Notes: generated by a model not told the origin, from the sequence alone. Positions 37,075 through 46,749 are shown, numbered from the stretch's first letter. The stretch: DNA of 64,000 bases from Eubacteriales bacterium (GCA_018384735.1 JAHAXB010000031.1:46117-110116); one strand, 5' to 3'. Numbers and translations: made by a program.

Positions 37075-38046
37075 ATGAAATTGAAAGGCTTTTTGAACCC
37101 AATGCAACCGAAAGATTCGGCCGTGGAAGCGGAAAAACAACGACAGGCTTCTGCCGTATTAAGTTATTATATTTCGATCATTTTCCCGACCGAACTCAGT
37201 CAAGATTTGGACCGCTCGGAAATCGCTTTTGCCCAAGACGAAAACGACCATGCGGTTGCAACTCTCAGTTTGAACAAAGGTTTACCCAATAATAAATACG
37301 TGGAGGATTATTTACCGTATCACATTCATGATGACCAATGGCTCACTAAGTTTTTTATGACACTCTTAAAAAACTCGAAAAGATACGCCCCTCAGATTAC
37401 CAAACAAATTACCCCCGCACAAATTCAAAAATTTATTGAAACCGACCCGAAATTTAATGCTGCACGCCAAGCATACGAAATTGACCTAACCCGCGCGCAA
37501 ATTAAATTTATGATGACGTCAAATTATCCTAACGAACTTTTAATGCAGCCTAAATACGACCAAAAATGTAATGCTTATATTATACAGCCGTTTTATCACC
37601 CGGTTTTGTCGCGCCTAAAACCCGACCCGGACAAAACCTTCCGCCAAGGTGTGATTACTGCGATGAAAAAACTTAACGTCAGTCAACCTGCCATCGAAGC
37701 CGCGTTGGAAAGATATGCCGACCTTTGGCGCGATGAATTGATGCAAGCTGCCTATTACAACCGCTACATGACACAAAACCCCCAAGACGAAAACTTTATT
37801 CGCTTGAAAGGTTGGTATTTGGAAGCCGCCGCCCAAAATTTCAAAGCCAATTGGTTGAAACAGCGCAAAGATGCTTATTATCGTGAACACGAAAATGCGG
37901 TTAAACAATATGGACATCCAGAAGCGTTGAAATTGTCAGATCGTGAAGCGCCTACCGTCAATCATATCGTTGACGAACTTGACCGCGAATTCACAACTTT
38001 AACCCAAATCGTAAATTTGAACACTAACACCGAAAAAAGTTTGTAA
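37075..38046 (+). CDS. Uncharacterised cytoplasmic protein, paralog 1 of a tandem pair (323 aa)
   Basis: Blocks shared with the next gene: YLPYH/YLPFH, FIETD, EIDLTRAQI.(F/Y)MM, YHP, LWR(D/E). No TM or signal peptide. Confidence 0.65.
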   Translation: MKLKGFLNPMQPKDSAVEAEKQRQASAVLSYYISIIFPTELSQDLDRSEIAFAQDENDHAVATLSLNKGLPNNKYVEDYLPYHIHDDQWLTKFFMTLLKNSKRYAPQITKQITPAQIQKFIETDPKFNAARQAYEIDLTRAQIKFMMTSNYPNELLMQPKYDQKCNAYIIQPFYHPVLSRLKPDPDKTFRQGVITAMKKLNVSQPAIEAALERYADLWRDELMQAAYYNRYMTQNPQDENFIRLKGWYLEAAAQNFKANWLKQRKDAYYREHENAVKQYGHPEALKLSDREAPTVNHIVDELDREFTTLTQIVNLNTNTEKSL

Positions 38047-38073
38047 AAACGCCTAAATTAACAGACCCACATC

Positions 38074-38102
38074 TTGACTTTGCCGGTGGGGTAGTATATA
38101 TT
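38074..38102 (+). promoter_or_regulatory. Promoter of paralog 2 (leaderless configuration)
   Basis: TTGACT (38074-38079), 17 nt, TATATT (38097-38102), then 7 nt to the ATG. Confidence 0.6.
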
Positions 38103-38109
38103 AGTCGTT

Positions 38110-39213
38110 ATGACAAAATTAAAGACTTTATTGGAACGTTTCCCGAAAACACACTTGTTGAACAAGGAAATTACCTCGGAAGAAAAAGAACAATACTTCG
38201 CAATTTTGCGTAGTTATTTGGCGAATGTTTTACCCAGCAATCTCACCTTTGGTAAAGAAGACGCTTCCGTGATTAACTATTTACAAAGCAACAATGATGT
38301 TTTAATCGCTAATATCAAGCGTGATGACGCGCGTTATAACCATGTTTATAGTAAAGAGTACTTACCATTCCATTTGAACGATACCAAATGGATGGTTAAA
38401 TACTTTATGTCAACCATTAAAGCGGATGTAAAACAAGACAAACACATCAACAAAGCCGTTTTACGTACCTACAAACAACAGCAAAAAAATATGCAGTTGG
38501 TACAAGATAAACCTGACGAAATTTACAACGATTTTGTCTTGGTTGACCGTAAAGCTCACACCAAAATTCCTAACCAAGTTGTACGCGAATTTATTGAAAC
38601 CGACAAAGATTATGCTGCCGCCCGTGAGGCCGTTGAAATCGATTTAACCCGCGCGCAAATCAATTACATGATGGAACACAACGAACCGAACGAAGTTTTG
38701 TTACACCATCAATATGAACGCACCGATGTGCACTCAGTTTCGGTCAGTTACCATCCGGGTTTAGGTCGTATCAGCCGTAACACCGACAAAATGTTTGAAG
38801 CCGCAGTGGTTGACGGTATGACCCGCTTAGGTTTGAACGAACACTCCGTCCAAAAAGCCCTGGTTAAATACGCTCCGTTATGGCGTGAACAAACCATGAA
38901 CAGCGCTTTTTACAACGAATACGCGGTTGAACCCAGCCAAATGCAAAAACTTAGTTACAATGATTGGTATTTAAACTGCATCCACGAAAATTTCCGCGGT
39001 TTATGGTTACGTAACCGTGAATATGAATACGGACAAAGCCACCGCGCCATTTTAAAAGAAATGAACGCTATGACCCCAAACATGCAATTACATGACAGCG
39101 AATTGTTAAGACTGAAAGAAAAAGTCCATGTTTTGGACGCGCGTTACCGTTCCATCGTTGAAATCGCTCGTAACCAAAAACAACATTTTGAAACCGATAA
39201 CCAAAAACTTTAA
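38110..39213 (+). CDS. Uncharacterised cytoplasmic protein, paralog 2 of a tandem pair (367 aa, ~45-aa insertion relative to paralog 1)
   Basis: Same conserved blocks as ORF 37075..38046. Confidence 0.65.
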   Translation: MTKLKTLLERFPKTHLLNKEITSEEKEQYFAILRSYLANVLPSNLTFGKEDASVINYLQSNNDVLIANIKRDDARYNHVYSKEYLPFHLNDTKWMVKYFMSTIKADVKQDKHINKAVLRTYKQQQKNMQLVQDKPDEIYNDFVLVDRKAHTKIPNQVVREFIETDKDYAAAREAVEIDLTRAQINYMMEHNEPNEVLLHHQYERTDVHSVSVSYHPGLGRISRNTDKMFEAAVVDGMTRLGLNEHSVQKALVKYAPLWREQTMNSAFYNEYAVEPSQMQKLSYNDWYLNCIHENFRGLWLRNREYEYGQSHRAILKEMNAMTPNMQLHDSELLRLKEKVHVLDARYRSIVEIARNQKQHFETDNQKL

Positions 39214-39233
39214 TGTTTAATCGAATCGTGTAA

Positions 39234-39267
39234 CAAAAAAAGCACCCGTCATCGCGAGTGCTTTTTG
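39234..39267. terminator. Bidirectional Rho-independent terminator
   Basis: AAAAAAAGCACCCG..CGAGTGCTTTTT between convergent genes. Confidence 0.7.
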
Positions 39268-39286
39268 TTTGCGTATTTGGTACGGC

Positions 39287-40312
39287 TTATTTACCGTATT
39301 TTTGTTGCCAAGCTTCGTTGGTAATTTTGCGCATGTATTTGATAGTTTCAACTGGGAATTGACCCATCGCGGTTTCTTCCGAAGTCATAACCGCATCGGT
39401 ACCATCGTAAACCGCGTTAGCAACGTCGGTAGTTTCGGCACGGCTTGGACGTGGTTTTTGCATCATGTTCAACATCATTTCAGTCGCAACAATGACGAAT
39501 TTGTTGGCTTCGTTACATTTTTTAATCATGGCTTTTTGCACAGTTGGCAATTTTTCGATTGGGTATTCAACACCCAAGTCACCACGTGCTACCATTAAAC
39601 CATCTGCTTCAGCGATGATTTCGTCCAAATTTTGAACGGCTTGTACGCTTTCAACTTTGGCAATGATTTTAATATCTTTACCAACGATTTCGCGCATTTC
39701 TTTAATATCTTGTGCGCGGTTGACGAATGAAGCGAAAATGAAATCAACTTTTTGTTCAACACCGAATTTCAAATCTTCGATATCTTCTGGACGTAAGAAT
39801 TGCAAATGAACATCAACGCCCGGAACAGCCATACTCTTGTGGTTAGCCATTTTGCCGCCGACTTCGATTTCGACAACAATTTCTTTGCCTTTAACTTCAA
39901 CAACCTTAGAAACGATTAAGCCGTTGCAAATTAAAACGGTGTCGCCTTTCTTTACATATTTGTACAAATCGTGGTGTGAAATTGAAACACCTTTTTGGTT
40001 ACCCATACGTTCATCGCAGTACAACGAGAATGTATCGCCGGCTTTAACGGTAATTTCGCCATTTTCGAAATCACGTAAGCGAATATCCGGTCCTTTGGTA
40101 TCCAAAGCGATTTTGATATCCTTTTGGTATTTTTTGTTTACTTCGCGAACTAATGCGAATTTGCGTCCATGTTCTTCATGGGTGCCATGGCTGAAATTAC
40201 AACGGGCAATCGACATGCCAGCGTCAGCCAATGCTTTGATTGTTTCTTCTGTTTCGGAAGCAGGTCCGATTGTACAGACAATCTTAATTTCTTTTTGATG
40301 ATTGCTTTCCAT
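39287..40312 (-). CDS. pyk: Pyruvate kinase, short form lacking the C-terminal (allosteric) domain
   Basis: Motifs KIVCTIGPAS, ARCNFSHG, MVARGDLGVE and AVMTSEETAMGQFPVE. The protein ends about 20 aa after the last of these (341 aa). Confidence 0.85.
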   Translation of the reverse strand: MESNHQKEIKIVCTIGPASETEETIKALADAGMSIARCNFSHGTHEEHGRKFALVREVNKKYQKDIKIALDTKGPDIRLRDFENGEITVKAGDTFSLYCDERMGNQKGVSISHHDLYKYVKKGDTVLICNGLIVSKVVEVKGKEIVVEIEVGGKMANHKSMAVPGVDVHLQFLRPEDIEDLKFGVEQKVDFIFASFVNRAQDIKEMREIVGKDIKIIAKVESVQAVQNLDEIIAEADGLMVARGDLGVEYPIEKLPTVQKAMIKKCNEANKFVIVATEMMLNMMQKPRPSRAETTDVANAVYDGTDAVMTSEETAMGQFPVETIKYMRKITNEAWQQKYGK

Positions 40313-40320
40313 AAGAAAAA

Positions 40321-40875
40321 TTATAAAATAATTTGCATAATTTGGTCAATCGTTTTCTCTAAGTCAACGTTGTTAATCACATAGTCATAGTACTTAGCAT
40401 CTAAAACACATTTGTCATAATCTTGTAAACGGCGTTCAATATCGGCTGGTTGGTCGCCACGACCGATTAAACGCCGCTTAATTTCATTTTTATCGGCGGT
40501 AATAAAAATCGTCGTCACGTTTTTAAAACGCGATTTTAAGGCCCGTACACCCACGATATCGCAATCTTTCAACGGAATCTTATTGGCGTTGAATAATTCC
40601 AAAATGTAACGTTCACTCATACCACGTTTTTCGCCATGGCGGACGGTGTGCTCAAAAATATCGCCGTTTTCCACCATGCGGTCAAATTCTTCATTAGTCA
40701 CAAAATGGTAAGGGTTACCTTCGCTTTCATGCGGACGCATCGCACGGGTAGCGACCGAAACTAACTTACTAAAACGCTCAGGGTAGCGTTGCATTAAAGT
40801 TTTAATGATAGTATCTTTACCCGCACCGCTGGGACCTTCAATCACAACAATGCGGTTAGCTGTTGTTTTTTCCAT
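40321..40875 (-). CDS. gmk: Guanylate kinase
   Basis: P-loop GPSGAGKDT and motifs TRAMRPHESEGNPYHFV. TATAGT lies 7 nt upstream of the ATG. Confidence 0.85.
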   Translation of the reverse strand: MEKTTANRIVVIEGPSGAGKDTIIKTLMQRYPERFSKLVSVATRAMRPHESEGNPYHFVTNEEFDRMVENGDIFEHTVRHGEKRGMSERYILELFNANKIPLKDCDIVGVRALKSRFKNVTTIFITADKNEIKRRLIGRGDQPADIERRLQDYDKCVLDAKYYDYVINNVDLEKTIDQIMQIIL

Positions 40876-40994
40876 AAACTATACTATATCAACATGAAAA
40901 TTTAGTCAAAACGATTAACTACTTTTGATTATCTCTACCTTGCACCAGTTACTATCATAAAATATTTACTTTCTTATTATAGGTTGTAAGTATG

Positions 40995-42392
40995 TTAGTA
41001 ACTTTTGTGTAAAAGTTCGTTCAACTTAGCCGGCAAATCCGACAGTTTCACCCGGATTTGTTCCATTGTGTCGCGGTCACGGATGGTTACGCTTTGGTCT
41101 TCCAAAGTGTCATAATCCACGGTAATGCAGAGTGGGGTACCGATTTCGTCTTGGCGACGGTAGCGTTTACCAATTGAACCGGCATCGTCGTAAGTTACCG
41201 TAAAAATTTGTTGCAATTCGCGGTATAACTTGGTTGCGGTTTCGGTTAAGCCTTTCTTTTGTAACGGTAAAACGCAAACTTGATATGGTGCCAAGTTAGA
41301 TTTTAATTTCAAAACCACACGGGTGTCACCATCCGCCAAAGTTTCGGTACGGTAAGCATCGCACAAAATGGCCAAGAACAAGCGTTCCACACCTTGCGAA
41401 CTTTCCACGACTGTGGGAATGTATTTTTCGTTGGTTATCGGGTCCAAATATTCCATTGATTTTTTTGACAAGTTTTGGTGGTTAGTTAAATCATGCACAC
41501 CACGGTGGTGAGTACCATTCAATTCACCCCAGCCAAACGGGAACTTGTATTCCATATCGCAGGCGGCTTTCGCGTAGAAAACCAACTTTTCGTGGTCGTG
41601 GAAGCGTAAATTTTCCGCACGGACACCCAAAACTTTGGTAATAAAGTTCCAAATTTTTTGTTTGTATTTTTCGTACAGCGCCATACTGTCATTCGCGTGG
41701 CAGAATAATTGGTGTTCCATTTGTTCAAATTCGACGGTACGGAAAATAAAGTTACCGGGGGTAATTTCGTTACGGAAGGCTTTACCGATTTGACCGATAC
41801 CGAAAGGTACTTTCAGACGCATACTGCGTTGCACGTTTTGAAAGTTGATGTATTCGCTTTGCGCGGTTTCCGGACGCAAAAAGATTTGGTCGGAATTGTC
41901 TTTGGTGACCCCGCGGTGGGTTTCAAACATCAGGTTGAACTGACGAATTGGTGTCCAGTTGAACTTACCGCAGTTCGGGCAAACCAAGTGGTGTTCTTGA
42001 ATGTAAGTTTCCAAGGCTTGGTTCGTCCAGCCGTCCGCGTTAATGTTTGGGTCGTTGCTTTCAATCAATTTATCCGCGCGGGTTCGGGTTTGACATGCTT
42101 TACAGTCCATTAACGGGTCAGAAAATCCGCTGACGTGACCACTGGCCACCCAAACATTGCGGTTCATTAAGATACCGCCATCCAAACCAACTGAATTGTC
42201 GTTGGTGGTGACAAATTCGCGCCACCATAATTGTTTAATGTGGTTTTTTAATTCCACACCTAACGGGCCATAGTCCCAAGTGTTGGCTAAGCCGTCGTAA
42301 ATATCCGAACCTGGGAAAACAAAGCCGCGGTTTTTGCATAAAGCGATGATATTATCAATCGATGGGGTAGTTTCTGTATTTTTCGTTGTCAT
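40995..42392 (-). CDS. glyQS: Glycyl-tRNA synthetase (alpha2 type, GlyQS)
   Basis: Class II motifs FLRPETAQ and GIGQIGKAFRNEITP, with a C-terminal anticodon-binding domain. 465 aa. Confidence 0.9.
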   Translation of the reverse strand: MTTKNTETTPSIDNIIALCKNRGFVFPGSDIYDGLANTWDYGPLGVELKNHIKQLWWREFVTTNDNSVGLDGGILMNRNVWVASGHVSGFSDPLMDCKACQTRTRADKLIESNDPNINADGWTNQALETYIQEHHLVCPNCGKFNWTPIRQFNLMFETHRGVTKDNSDQIFLRPETAQSEYINFQNVQRSMRLKVPFGIGQIGKAFRNEITPGNFIFRTVEFEQMEHQLFCHANDSMALYEKYKQKIWNFITKVLGVRAENLRFHDHEKLVFYAKAACDMEYKFPFGWGELNGTHHRGVHDLTNHQNLSKKSMEYLDPITNEKYIPTVVESSQGVERLFLAILCDAYRTETLADGDTRVVLKLKSNLAPYQVCVLPLQKKGLTETATKLYRELQQIFTVTYDDAGSIGKRYRRQDEIGTPLCITVDYDTLEDQSVTIRDRDTMEQIRVKLSDLPAKLNELLHKSY

Positions 42393-42401
42393 AGTTGCTC
42401 C

Positions 42402-43685
42402 TTATTTTTTCTTTAAGACGGTAATGCCGTGCATATATTTGTGTAAAGCCACTGGAATATTAACACTGCCATCCGGATTTTGGTATTGTTCCAAAATTGC
42501 CGGTAACACACGTGAAGTGGCTAAGCCCGAACCGTTTAAAGTGTGCAACAAGACGGTTTTGCCGTCCGCATCTTTGGTACGAATATTGGCGCGACGGGCT
42601 TGGTAATCGGTCGCATTGGAAACGGACGAAACTTCTTTATAACCTTTCATGGACGGAATGTAAACTTCCAAATCATAGGTTTTGGCCATACTGGCGGAAC
42701 AGTCGCCGGCCGCCAAAGCTGTGGTTTGGAAATGTAAGCCCAAACCTTCCAACAGTTTTTGACCGTTGCGTACCAATTCTTCAAACATTTGCGCGCTTTG
42801 GTCCGCAAAGCAGTACGCGAACATTTCCACCTTATTAAATTGGTAACCGCGAATCATGCCGCGTTCGTCAGTTCGGTAGGAACCGGCTTCTTTACGGTAG
42901 CACGGGGTATAGCTGAAATAGCGAATTGGTAATTGTTTGGGGTCAATGATTTCGTCACGGTGTAAGTTCAACAAAGCGGTTTCCGCAGTTGGTAACATGA
43001 ACTTACTTTTTTTCGGGTCCTTGTCAAAGTCAGTTACGAACACGTCGTTAATAAACTTCGGGAATTGACCCGCCGCAAAACCACTTTGATAGTTCAATAA
43101 GTGTGGCGGTAAAATAAATTTGTAACCATTGGCAATGTGAAAATCGATAAAGTAATTTAACAATGCCCATTCCAACAAAGCGCCAGCACCGGTGTAAACC
43201 CAAGTCTTGGCTCCGCTTAATTTGGCACCACGTTCATAGTCAATCAAACCTAAATTGGTCGCCAAAGTGACATGGTCTTGCCATTTGAAATTAAATTCCG
43301 GTTTTTTACCAAAAGTTGCAATTACACGGTTGTTTTCTTTACCGCCCGCCACAACTTCGGGCAGGGGAATGTTCGGTAAGGGTGCTAACGCATCAAAAAT
43401 CTTTTGTTCCAAAGTAGCTAACTCTTGGTCACCATGGGCAATCTTATCGCCAATCGCTTTCATTTCGGCGATTTGTTTTGTAGCATCTTTGCCTTCTTTT
43501 TTTAATTTCGCAATTATCGCACTATTTTCGTTGCGTTTTTGGCGACGGGCTTCGTTATTTTGGATTAAGTTGCGACGCGTGTTATCTAACGCGATGACCG
43601 CATTAAAATCCACTTGGCAGCCACGCTTTGCCAACTGTTGTTTCACCCATTCGGGTTTATTACGGATTAAGTTAATATCTAGCAT
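42402..43685 (-). CDS. serS: Seryl-tRNA synthetase
   Basis: N-terminal coiled coil MLDINLIRNKPEWVKQQL. Class II motifs CYRKEAGS and TLNGSGLATSR. Confidence 0.92.
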   Translation of the reverse strand: MLDINLIRNKPEWVKQQLAKRGCQVDFNAVIALDNTRRNLIQNNEARRQKRNENSAIIAKLKKEGKDATKQIAEMKAIGDKIAHGDQELATLEQKIFDALAPLPNIPLPEVVAGGKENNRVIATFGKKPEFNFKWQDHVTLATNLGLIDYERGAKLSGAKTWVYTGAGALLEWALLNYFIDFHIANGYKFILPPHLLNYQSGFAAGQFPKFINDVFVTDFDKDPKKSKFMLPTAETALLNLHRDEIIDPKQLPIRYFSYTPCYRKEAGSYRTDERGMIRGYQFNKVEMFAYCFADQSAQMFEELVRNGQKLLEGLGLHFQTTALAAGDCSASMAKTYDLEVYIPSMKGYKEVSSVSNATDYQARRANIRTKDADGKTVLLHTLNGSGLATSRVLPAILEQYQNPDGSVNIPVALHKYMHGITVLKKK

Positions 43686-43731
43686 AACCTTATTATAATG
43701 AGTTTTGCTTTGGACCGCAATGTTTTCTTAC

Positions 43732-44445
43732 TTAGAATGACGGAGTTCCCGCGTTTTCGTCACGGCCGGCCATAATGGCTTTGATTTGGTCTTTCAGTTC
43801 TTCTTCGTTAAAGTCCGCGCGGTCGGGTGACCAAGTGTAAGTAATTTTATAATCTGGCGTAATTTCAAACTGGTCAAATTTCAAACCATCCATGTAAGCC
43901 AACATTTTGATGGTTGGTTTCAAGAAACGACGGCAACGTTCGGGCAAGTTATTGACATATTTTTCCGACAGGGTAATTACATAAGGTTTGCCTTTGTTGT
44001 CTTGGGTAATGATCAGAGCTTTTTTGAACTTGTTGATTTCGGTATTGCAAATTGAAAGGTTCATTTGGTCGATTTGTTTTTGTTCGGCCTTGGAAAGTTG
44101 CAACATCATGGTGGGTTTAACTTTGGCAAGTTCCAATTTAATTAACGGGTCCAAAGAATTGTTACCCACTTCGGTGGCAAAGCGTGCGGAAATATTGGGG
44201 AACAAGTGGTCCACATCGTCCGGCGCAAATTCAGATGAACCGATGACAACTTCGTAAGTTTTTTGAATTTTGGCGCGCAGTTTATTCACTTCGCGTTCGG
44301 TAATGTCATAAAAGAACAAATTGGTAAAAATGTAAGCGCGCTGCATGCTGTTTTTGACTAATTTTTTTGCCAAATCACAGGCAATTTGACCATCGTTAGT
44401 GACGGTAAAACTGCGGTTAATAGCGTCAGCGCTGGCGTAATTCAT
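43732..44445 (-). CDS. Uncharacterised 237-aa protein translationally coupled to dnaN
   Basis: Its ATG overlaps the dnaN stop (TAATG). No recognisable motif and no TM. Confidence 0.6.
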   Translation of the reverse strand: MNYASADAINRSFTVTNDGQIACDLAKKLVKNSMQRAYIFTNLFFYDITEREVNKLRAKIQKTYEVVIGSSEFAPDDVDHLFPNISARFATEVGNNSLDPLIKLELAKVKPTMMLQLSKAEQKQIDQMNLSICNTEINKFKKALIITQDNKGKPYVITLSEKYVNNLPERCRRFLKPTIKMLAYMDGLKFDQFEITPDYKITYTWSPDRADFNEEELKDQIKAIMAGRDENAGTPSF

Positions 44446-45551
44446 TATCCCAACCTCACTGGCAAGACCAAGAACAAATAGTCACCGCGTTTGGCGCTGG
44501 TTACTACACAGGGTGCCAACGGTGTGGTGAATGATAATTTCACAAATTCATCGGTAATGGTGTTCAAAGCATCAAACATATATTTACTGTTGAACGCAAT
44601 TTTAATGTTGGTACCGTCCAAGTTGGCGGGGACGCGTTCGTTAATTTTACCCATATCGTTGTTGGCAAAAAGTTCCAAACTCTTGTCGCCCGTGGTTAAG
44701 GTCAACAAGTTAATTTTGTTTGAACCGGACAACAAGCCGGCACGACCAACCGCGGCCAATAACGGAGCCGTTTCAACTACTACGTTGCAGTTAAACTCGG
44801 TCGGAATAATTTGGCGGTAGTTGACAAAGTCGCCGTCAATCAAACGGGAAGCAAACACCGTGTTGCCAAAAGCCACTTGCACAAATTTCTTTTCCACGAT
44901 TAAGCCGATTTCTTCTTTATCGTCGGTCAGCATACGGCGCATTTCTTCCAAAGCGCGACCAGGGATAATCAATTTTGCCGAACCGGTTGGGCGTACCAAA
45001 GGTTTGGTAATGCGAGCCAAACGGTAACCATCCAAAGCCACCGCGGTCAAAGTGTTACTAGCCGCATCAACATCAAACAAAGCACCGCGCAAAACCGGAC
45101 GTGAATTATCTTGTGCCGTGAACGGGGCAGTTTTACTAATTACTTCACGCAAATCGGCACCCTTCAAATAAAATAACGGTTTACCATTCAAATCAATTAA
45201 GTCAGGATATTCTTTCAACGGCATACATGAGAAATTACCATCGTTGCCTTCGCCATGTTCAATGACTGCGGTAATATCCGAACTGGTAAAGGTAATTGGT
45301 CCTTGACCGATTTTCGCGATGTATTCGCCGAACAATTTACCCGGCAATAAAACCGCGCCTTCGTCTTTAACGTCCGCGTGAATTGTTTTGCGGATGTATA
45401 ATTCCAAATCGGTCGCAAAGAAAGTAACTTCATTGCCTTTCGCTTCAATTTTAATACCTTCCAAAATCGGGTTGACCGTTTTGCTGTTGGTACCGTGCGC
45501 TACAATCGCTACGGCTGCCTTTAAATCTTCGCCATCACATACAAATTTCAT
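44445..45551 (-). CDS. dnaN: DNA polymerase III beta sliding clamp
   Basis: 368 aa with the typical MKFVCDGEDLKAAV..NPILEGI start and a C-terminal LPVRLG. TATAAT (45558-45563, minus strand) lies 6 nt upstream of the ATG. Confidence 0.9.
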   Translation of the reverse strand: MKFVCDGEDLKAAVAIVAHGTNSKTVNPILEGIKIEAKGNEVTFFATDLELYIRKTIHADVKDEGAVLLPGKLFGEYIAKIGQGPITFTSSDITAVIEHGEGNDGNFSCMPLKEYPDLIDLNGKPLFYLKGADLREVISKTAPFTAQDNSRPVLRGALFDVDAASNTLTAVALDGYRLARITKPLVRPTGSAKLIIPGRALEEMRRMLTDDKEEIGLIVEKKFVQVAFGNTVFASRLIDGDFVNYRQIIPTEFNCNVVVETAPLLAAVGRAGLLSGSNKINLLTLTTGDKSLELFANNDMGKINERVPANLDGTNIKIAFNSKYMFDALNTITDEFVKLSFTTPLAPCVVTSAKRGDYLFLVLPVRLG

Positions 45552-45675
45552 ACTTATATTATAACGAAATTTAGCGTTAGTGTCTAATGCTTTAACAAGC
45601 CATTGTAGTTTTTCCTTATATATAACGCTAATTTCAAAATTTACAAATCGGGCGTGCGGTTATATAATGGAAAGC

Positions 45676-46746
45676 ATGAAGGCCTTGATTGCGATGAGTG
45701 GTGGGGTGGATTCCAGCGTGTCCGCGTTGTTAATTAAACAACGGGGTTTTGACTGCGTGGGTTGTACTATGAAACTGTACAACAATGAAGACGCGAACGT
45801 TACCAGCGAAAAAACTTGTTGCAGTTTGGACGACGTCAACGACGCCCGCAGTGTGGCGAACCGATTGGGCATTCCTTATTATGTATTTAACTTTACCGAT
45901 GATTTCCGCGAAAAGGTCATCAACAAATTCATTGCTTGTTACGAACGGGGCATTACCCCCAACCCTTGCATCGATTGTAACCGTTACATGAAATTTGACA
46001 AACTTTACGAACGCGCAAAAGTTTTGGGTTGCGATTATATTGTGACCGGTCATTATGCCCGCATTGAAAAAATCGGGGAACAATATTATTTGAAAAAAGC
46101 GCTAGATTTAACCAAAGACCAAAGTTATGTTTTATATCAACTGACCGCGGAACAGTTGGCCCACACCTTGTTTCCGTTGGGCGAACTGAAAAAAACTGCT
46201 GTTCGTGAAATTGCCCGCGCCAATGGTTTTGTCAACGCGGACAAGCACGAAAGCCAAGACATCTGCTTTGTGCCGAACGGTGACTACGCCCAAGTGATTG
46301 AACACCATACGGGCAAGACTTATCCGGCGGGCAACTTTGTGGACAAAACCGGCAAAGTTTTGGGACAACACCGTGGGATTATTCATTACACAGTCGGACA
46401 GCGCAAGGGCTTGTCCATCTCCGCGCCCGAACGGCTTTACGTTTGTTCCATCTGTCCGGAAAATAATACAGTCTGTCTATGTGCGCGCGATGAACTGCTA
46501 CAAACTACGGCGCACGCGGTCGAGTTCCATTGGATTAACGGCGTACCGACAGAAAAACAATTTCGTTGCCAGGTGAAAGTGCGCTACAACCAAAAAGAGC
46601 AACCGGCGACCGTGGAGGTCATCGACCCGACCCAAGTTAAAATCACCTTTGACCAACCGCAACGCGCGATTACCCCAGGGCAAGCGGCCGTACTTTATGA
46701 TGGCGACATCGTACTTGGCGGCGGGGTACTAACTGTGTTACACTGA
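45676..46746 (+). CDS. mnmA: tRNA-specific 2-thiouridylase
   Basis: PP-loop IAMSGGVDSSV and motifs NPCIDCN and DQSYVL. TATAAT (45663-45668) lies 7 nt upstream of the ATG. Confidence 0.9.
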   Translation: MKALIAMSGGVDSSVSALLIKQRGFDCVGCTMKLYNNEDANVTSEKTCCSLDDVNDARSVANRLGIPYYVFNFTDDFREKVINKFIACYERGITPNPCIDCNRYMKFDKLYERAKVLGCDYIVTGHYARIEKIGEQYYLKKALDLTKDQSYVLYQLTAEQLAHTLFPLGELKKTAVREIARANGFVNADKHESQDICFVPNGDYAQVIEHHTGKTYPAGNFVDKTGKVLGQHRGIIHYTVGQRKGLSISAPERLYVCSICPENNTVCLCARDELLQTTAHAVEFHWINGVPTEKQFRCQVKVRYNQKEQPATVEVIDPTQVKITFDQPQRAITPGQAAVLYDGDIVLGGGVLTVLH

Positions 46747-46749
46747 GTC

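Noticed and set aside
42393-43731. T-box leaders upstream of glyQS, serS and leuS.
   Set aside because: The upstream gaps are only 9, 46 and 8 nt, too short for a ~200-nt T-box riboswitch. These synthetase genes are embedded in operons.
45552-45675. Possible oriC in the divergent dnaN/mnmA intergenic region.
   Set aside because: It is only 124 bp long and is fully accounted for by two back-to-back leaderless-type promoters. No DnaA-box-like 9-mers were seen.
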